Origin: Eledone cirrhosa
Lineage: Eukaryota
Direction: 5' to 3'
Length of the DNA stretch: 64,000 bases
Assembly: GCA_964016885.1 (NCBI GenBank)
Contig: OZ024740.1
Span: 274,660,001 to 274,724,000, forward strand
Shown: positions 58,639 through 64,000 of the stretch, piece by piece
How positions within the stretch are numbered: position 1 is the first letter of the stretch
Layout: every line of letters starts with the position of its first letter
Notes under the pieces: generated by a model
Seen by the model: the letters and a program-made list of their open reading frames with translations, nothing else
The model's database searches: none
What the model was told of the DNA's origin: nothing
Program-made: the position numbers and the translations under genes

Positions 58639-59719
58639 AATGTAGGAGTATGTAATTCTTCTTAGTGGGTAAATAAAATAAATTATTCTGAAGTACCAAT
58701 CACATACTGAGGTACGTTTAATCAACTAACTTTTCTCCTCAAATTTCCGGTCTTGTGCTCGTGTTAAAACAGTTGTTCTTGTATGTGTGTGTAGTGGTGG
58801 AGAGAAGTCACAACTCTGTAGACAAATTTACTTTCAATATTCAATTACGTCGCTCTAATTCTGATTCGTTTAATTACATACTGAGTTCAAATATTGCTGA
58901 AGAAATTCAGCTACATATATATCCCTATATCTATCTTTCAGTATCTCAAGCGTATATCCACCATTTAATCTATGTTTCTATATATTTATCATGTCACAGA
59001 TCCACCTTTATATTAATCTATCTGTAAATTTGTCTATTCTATGAATCTAATTATCCACCCTTTTCCTTTATCTTACCTACCTTACGCACCTACATATCTA
59101 TCTACTAAATCTTTCTGTGAATCTATATATATTCTATGAATCTATATTACTTGCCAATACCCTACGTACCCACCTATATACCTACCTGCTTCTCTTACTA
59201 TCTGCCTTACGTTTTACATACATAGTTACATAGATACATACATTCAAATATACATACATACATTCAAAAATACATACATACAAACACACACACACACACA
59301 CATACACACACACAAATACGTATACATACATAAGGAAATTATCTAATAATCTAACTATATAATTCATCTTACATGATTTCTCTCACAAAACTTATCAATG
59401 GAAAAGGAATGAAATTTTCATTATCCTAACTTTTAAAAGAAATCGATAAAAGGAAGAATATGGAAACAAAACAAAAATATATATATATATATAACAAATA
59501 ATATTTTTCTAGAAACTTCTAAATGATATAGACAGAAATAAAATAATTTCTAATTTTTATTTTCATTGTTTTTAATTAATAACATTTTTGTTTTAAATAT
59601 ATCTTATAATATATTCCACTATTATTCTATTTACCAATCTCAGCCAACTGGCACCAGCAAAAGATAGGCAACTTTATAAAACCTGCGGAGACTTGGTGAA
59701 GTCACAACCTATTCAATTA

Positions 59720-59901
59720 ATAATTGTTTCTAGTTTTTGACACAAGGCCAGCAATTACCCAGTACATTACTGGTACTTTATTTTATCGACCCCGTAAGGA
59801 TGAAAGGAAAAGTTAACCTTGGCGGGATTTGAACTCAGACGGCAAGGGCCGTAACTCTATGCGTCAAAGCATGGCGTCTGACCCTCTACCGATACTGCCA
59901 A
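59720..59901 (-). mobile_element. SINE family 1 copy
   Basis: Reverse-complement match. Confidence 0.88.
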
Positions 59902-59942
59902 TATTAATAATGTACACTGATGATGGGAAGTAAATAGGCTAC

Positions 59943-60936
59943 CTGACAAAAAGTGTATAGCCCTGCTTAATTAACCCCCTTTGTGGCCTGCATGATGAAT
60001 GCTATACGGCAATAGGAAAGGATACAGATTACATAATTAACCTTGAATAACTTCATAAGGGACAACTATACAGCCCTGATGGGGCCATAAGGTATTCGAT
60101 GAACCTTGTACTACCCTGGTAGAAAACATCGGGGATGGAACAGATGTGGTAAAGAGGTGATAATGTGGAGTTCTGAGTTGGGCTAAGAATGTTTTGAGGT
60201 CAGCATTTGGAGATGAGCTGGTATGGAGGCAGGACTGGATTGAACTTGGCTCTTAAAGGAATTTGCGAGGATAGAGCTGATGCAGCTGACCTGTTGACCT
60301 GAATGAGCTGGGATGGCTTGGCTGAGCATATCATAGAGCTAACAACCAGGTAGGGCTAGGCTGGGTAGGGTTAGATCAGACTTGCTAAGATGACTGGTCT
60401 TGGTAAAGCAGGCTGAGCTGGTTCGGGCACTCTGGCCTGGAAGGGACAGTTGAGGCTGACTGGGTTAGCCGAACTGACTCTGGATTGGGCTGGCTGGGCT
60501 GGCTGGGCTGGCTGGGCTGGCTGGGCTGGATAGACTAGTGAAGCCACATGTTAATAAGGAAGGCTGAACTTGTTGAATTGGACTGAGACTAGCTGGCCTG
60601 TCAGAGATGGCTGAAGCTGATCTAGCTGGTTGCAATGGATGAACTGACGTGTAGGGCTGAAGCAGCTAGACTGGCTGAGGCTGGCCTGGCTTGACCAGTC
60701 TGTTGGCAGAACTGGTTGAGGCTTGTTGGGATAACTGAGACTGGTTGAACTGTCACTGACAGCATGGGCTGTCCCTTCTCATCAGTTTATGAAGTATTCG
60801 GAATTTCAATCATTTAAGGTCAATACCACTAGCCCCAGTGCACATGGGACAGAATCAAATGGACACAAGACAGGATGATTGATCTTTCAACTATTTACAA
60901 ATAAAATGTAATTTTCTTCAAACCAATGTGTTACAA
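59943..60936 (-). other. GC-richer exon-like segment with decayed Pro/Gln-rich periodicity
   Basis: Minus: tttctctctttcctttccAG acceptor, CAG|GTAGCC donor, (ccagcccag)n core; no ORF of 60 aa or more. Confidence 0.35.
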
Positions 60937-61404
60937 CTGGAAAGGAAAGAGAGAAACAAAACCTAACATATTAGCCAAGACATGAAAGTACCGTGGTCGA
61001 CTGAAAAGTTCATAGACTGACCACGATACTCTCATGGAATGACCAAAGTGCATTGTGAATTATATTTCAGCTATTCTCTGAAATGTGTATAAAGATCTAG
61101 CACAGCTAGCACAATTGGTTACAGTTTTACTAGTAAATAATTGTTTTCTCTACGTTTGTTCCATACTTAAGATAGTTTAAAGTGTTTGCTATGTGCATTA
61201 TATTTTCAACACTTCAATAAATCAAAAGGAAGTGAGCCAGTATTTTCTCATAAACATTGGCAAATGTATTGACTAATCAGGTTAACGTATGTAATGTACA
61301 AAATCAATGAATAATAATGCAATTCGTTTAAGCACTCAGCGTCATGTATCTTCTTCCAAATGTGATTTCTCACTCAGTGACACAGTATATGTAGAATAAG
61401 GGAA

Positions 61405-61685
61405 CTGCGAAGTTCAGTGTAGATGTTAAAAAATCCTTTATTAACAGAGCTGTAATACATATTTCAATGACAAACATGGCTACGTGATTGTTTAAACATA
61501 CAACCAGTCACGCGATATCATCAGACAGTATCTTATGTAATAAAGTTACGTAACCGAGGCAATCCATTCTAAAGATAAGGGCGCGGACAAAAATGATGTT
61601 TTCATAGCCGAAGTCCAATCGTCATTGAAATATGTATCACAGCTAGGATAACACAGGACATTTTAACATGTAAACCGATCTTCAC
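61405..61685. mobile_element. Old MITE-like inverted repeat
   Basis: agctgtaatacatatttcaatgac / gtcattgaaatatgtatcacagct. Confidence 0.5.
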
Positions 61686-62003
61686 ATTTTTCTTCTTCTA
61701 AACATTGGTATGTAAATCATTGTAGTGCACTTTCATTTCTTGACTTAAAGGTAATTATACATAACAGCTCTGAAGGTAGAAGAGATGACAACCATTATTA
61801 CAAAGAATAGTAGTTTTCAAAGATATTCTCTCCTGATAATTTCTGTACTAAACACCTGGACTTCTACCAATTATGTACGGCTTAAGTCCTATATATGTAC
61901 ACCTTTAGTACTGCCCGTATAGTACATCTCAAGTACCAGGCTCTTTAGAACGAATACAATTTCAAAAAAAATTATGTATATCATAGTTCGCTATAACCTT
62001 TAA

Positions 62004-62410
62004 CCCTTTAGTATTTGCAGGTGGATTGGCAGTATCGGTAGAGGGTCGGACGCCATGCCTTGACGCATTGAGTTACGACCCTTGCTATTCTGACTTCAAA
62101 TCCCGCCGAGGTTAACTTTACCTTTCATCCTTACGAGGTCGATAACATAAAGTACCAGTAATGCACTGGTTAATTGCTGGCCTTGTGCCAAAAGTAGAAA
62201 CAATTATTCTATATATATACTATTTTATTTTCTTAGAAAAGGCTTTACCTCACATAATTATCTCACATAATATCGAACCTATGAGATTTTGATTTTATTT
62301 ATTTTAAGAACAATAGCTTAACATCGGTATGAGTGGCCGGTTACAACCGTTTTGGGAAGAAAGAGGTGAGACAATTATGGCCGGATATGGCCAGTTTAAA
62401 TGTTAAAGGG
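62004..62410. mobile_element. piggyBac-like MITE with nested SINE family 1 copy (62018-62207)
   Basis: ttaaccctttagtattt...aaatgttaaaggg; body matches the 5904 family. Confidence 0.75.
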
Positions 62411-62733
62411 CTATTAATCTTATAGTTTTTGAAATACCAGTGTAATACCAGCAACAATTATAAAATATATGAAAAAAGAAATCACCTTTAAAACAAAGCA
62501 AGAAAGACTGAAAAGTACGAAAAGGAACTAACGAGAAAACGAAGGAAAAACAATGGACAAAAAGGGAATGAACGAACTGTATAAAAGAGCAGAGAGAAAG
62601 AGGGGGAGAGAGAATGTGGGGATGAAGAAAGTAAATAAGTGGGGGAGAGAGATAAAGAAAAGAAAGTGGGATAACAGAATGAGGAAAGAAAATATCGATA
62701 AAAAAGATACATATATATGTATGAATATATATA

Positions 62734-62767
<34 letters not shown>

Positions 62768-62789
62768 CGTGTGTGTGTGTATATATATG

Positions 62790-62822
<33 letters not shown>

Positions 62823-63299
62823 ATGTATATGTGTGTGTATGGGTGTGCGTGTGTATATGTGTGCGTGTATGTGTGTGGCTATGTGTGTGTGTGACTGTGT
62901 GTGTGTATGTGCATGTATGTGTTTGGTTGTGTGTTTGTATGTGTGTGTGCTGATTTTTCGGTTGCTTTAAGCTCACGCTCTTTCTACTAAAATAGTTCCA
63001 GCCTTCAGGATAAGCACGTTTCAACATCAGATGAACTCCTGACATAGTTTTCTACAACTTACTGTATTTATTGAACATCAACTATATAAATAACACAAAT
63101 AATAAATAAAATCATTAACGAAAAATTAAAATAATATAAAAAATCTTGTAGTTTACTTATTTATTTTCGGCAATGACGTTGGTTGTGAGATTGATGGTGA
63201 TGGCGTACTAGTAGCATTGCTATTGTTTAGACACATTCAGTCATTAATGACAATCCATCCACGACCATCACATTTTATTGTTATTATTTTTACAGAAGA

Positions 63300-63503
63300 G
63301 CAGTATCGGTAGAGGGTCGGGCGCCATGCTTTGCAGCATAGAGTTACTGTCCTTTATGATCTGAGTTCAAATCCTGCCGAGGTTAACTTTGCCTTTCATC
63401 CTTACGGGGTCGATAAAATAAAGTACCAGTCACGCACTGGGGTCAATTTAATCGACTTTCCCCTCCCCCAAAATTTCTGGCCTTGTGGCTATATAAGAAA
63501 CTA
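63300..63503 (+). mobile_element. SINE family 1 copy
   Basis: Direct match. Confidence 0.88.
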
Positions 63504-63604
63504 TTATTTTTACAGAAGTACGTCTAGGACGAGATAAACCATATTTATTTTGATCCCCAAGACGGAAAATTTTGATGCTATTTTTTTTTTTTATGGGTGG
63601 TTGG

Positions 63605-64000
63605 GCCTGAAAAATTAATTGGCTGACTATGAAGTAGTGATGCTAGGGCTGTGAAATCTTGCATGCAATAATTTCAAACCTTATTAATGGTTTCTTATAT
63701 AGACACAAGGCCACCAATTTTATGGGAGGGGAATGTCGATTAAATCGACCCCAGTGAGTGACCGGTACTTTATTTTATCGACCCCGTAAGGATGAAAGGC
63801 AATGTTACCCTCGAAGGGATTTGAACTCAGATCATAAAGAGCCGTAACTCTATGCTGCAAAGGATGGCGTCCGACCCTCTACCGATACTGCCAATCCACC
63901 TTCCTTATAATTTCAAGCCTTCTTATTAATAAATGCATTGTTTCTTTCCAGGGACTATGTTGAGTATCTTGATTAACGTATGAACAATTTAGCCGACCCC
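63605..64000. mobile_element. Mariner-like MITE interrupted by a minus-strand SINE family 1 copy (about 63688-63900)
   Basis: ctgactatgaagtagtgatgctag...cagggactatgttg...tatgaac...agccgacccc. Confidence 0.7.

Overview
AT-rich, microsatellite-saturated eukaryotic DNA, either intronic or intergenic. The SINE types and repeat load suggest an octopus or other coleoid cephalopod (inference). No intact protein-coding gene is supportable, and nearly all tracked ORFs are translations of (TA)n, (TATG)n, (CA)n or (CAC/CAT)n tracts. Recognisable content: two tRNA-derived SINE families; hAT, mariner-like and piggyBac-like MITEs; a non-autonomous Helitron; and relics of a Buster/Charlie hAT transposase, L1/Tx1 RT, RTE RT and an R4/Dong-type restriction-like endonuclease. 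The main signal is a dense set of short, mutually dissimilar elements inserted in (TA)n/(CA)n tracts (0.6-0.9 kb and 39.4-56.9 kb). They carry minimal type I hammerhead ribozyme folds (CUGAnGA...GAAA...NUH), often form long fold-back inverted repeats whose junctions lie in ribozyme stems, and share a downstream RCTC-N(11-26)-GAGYRC hairpin with one compensatory change. This looks like a Penelope-like/retrozyme system. All folds were read by eye, with no computation.
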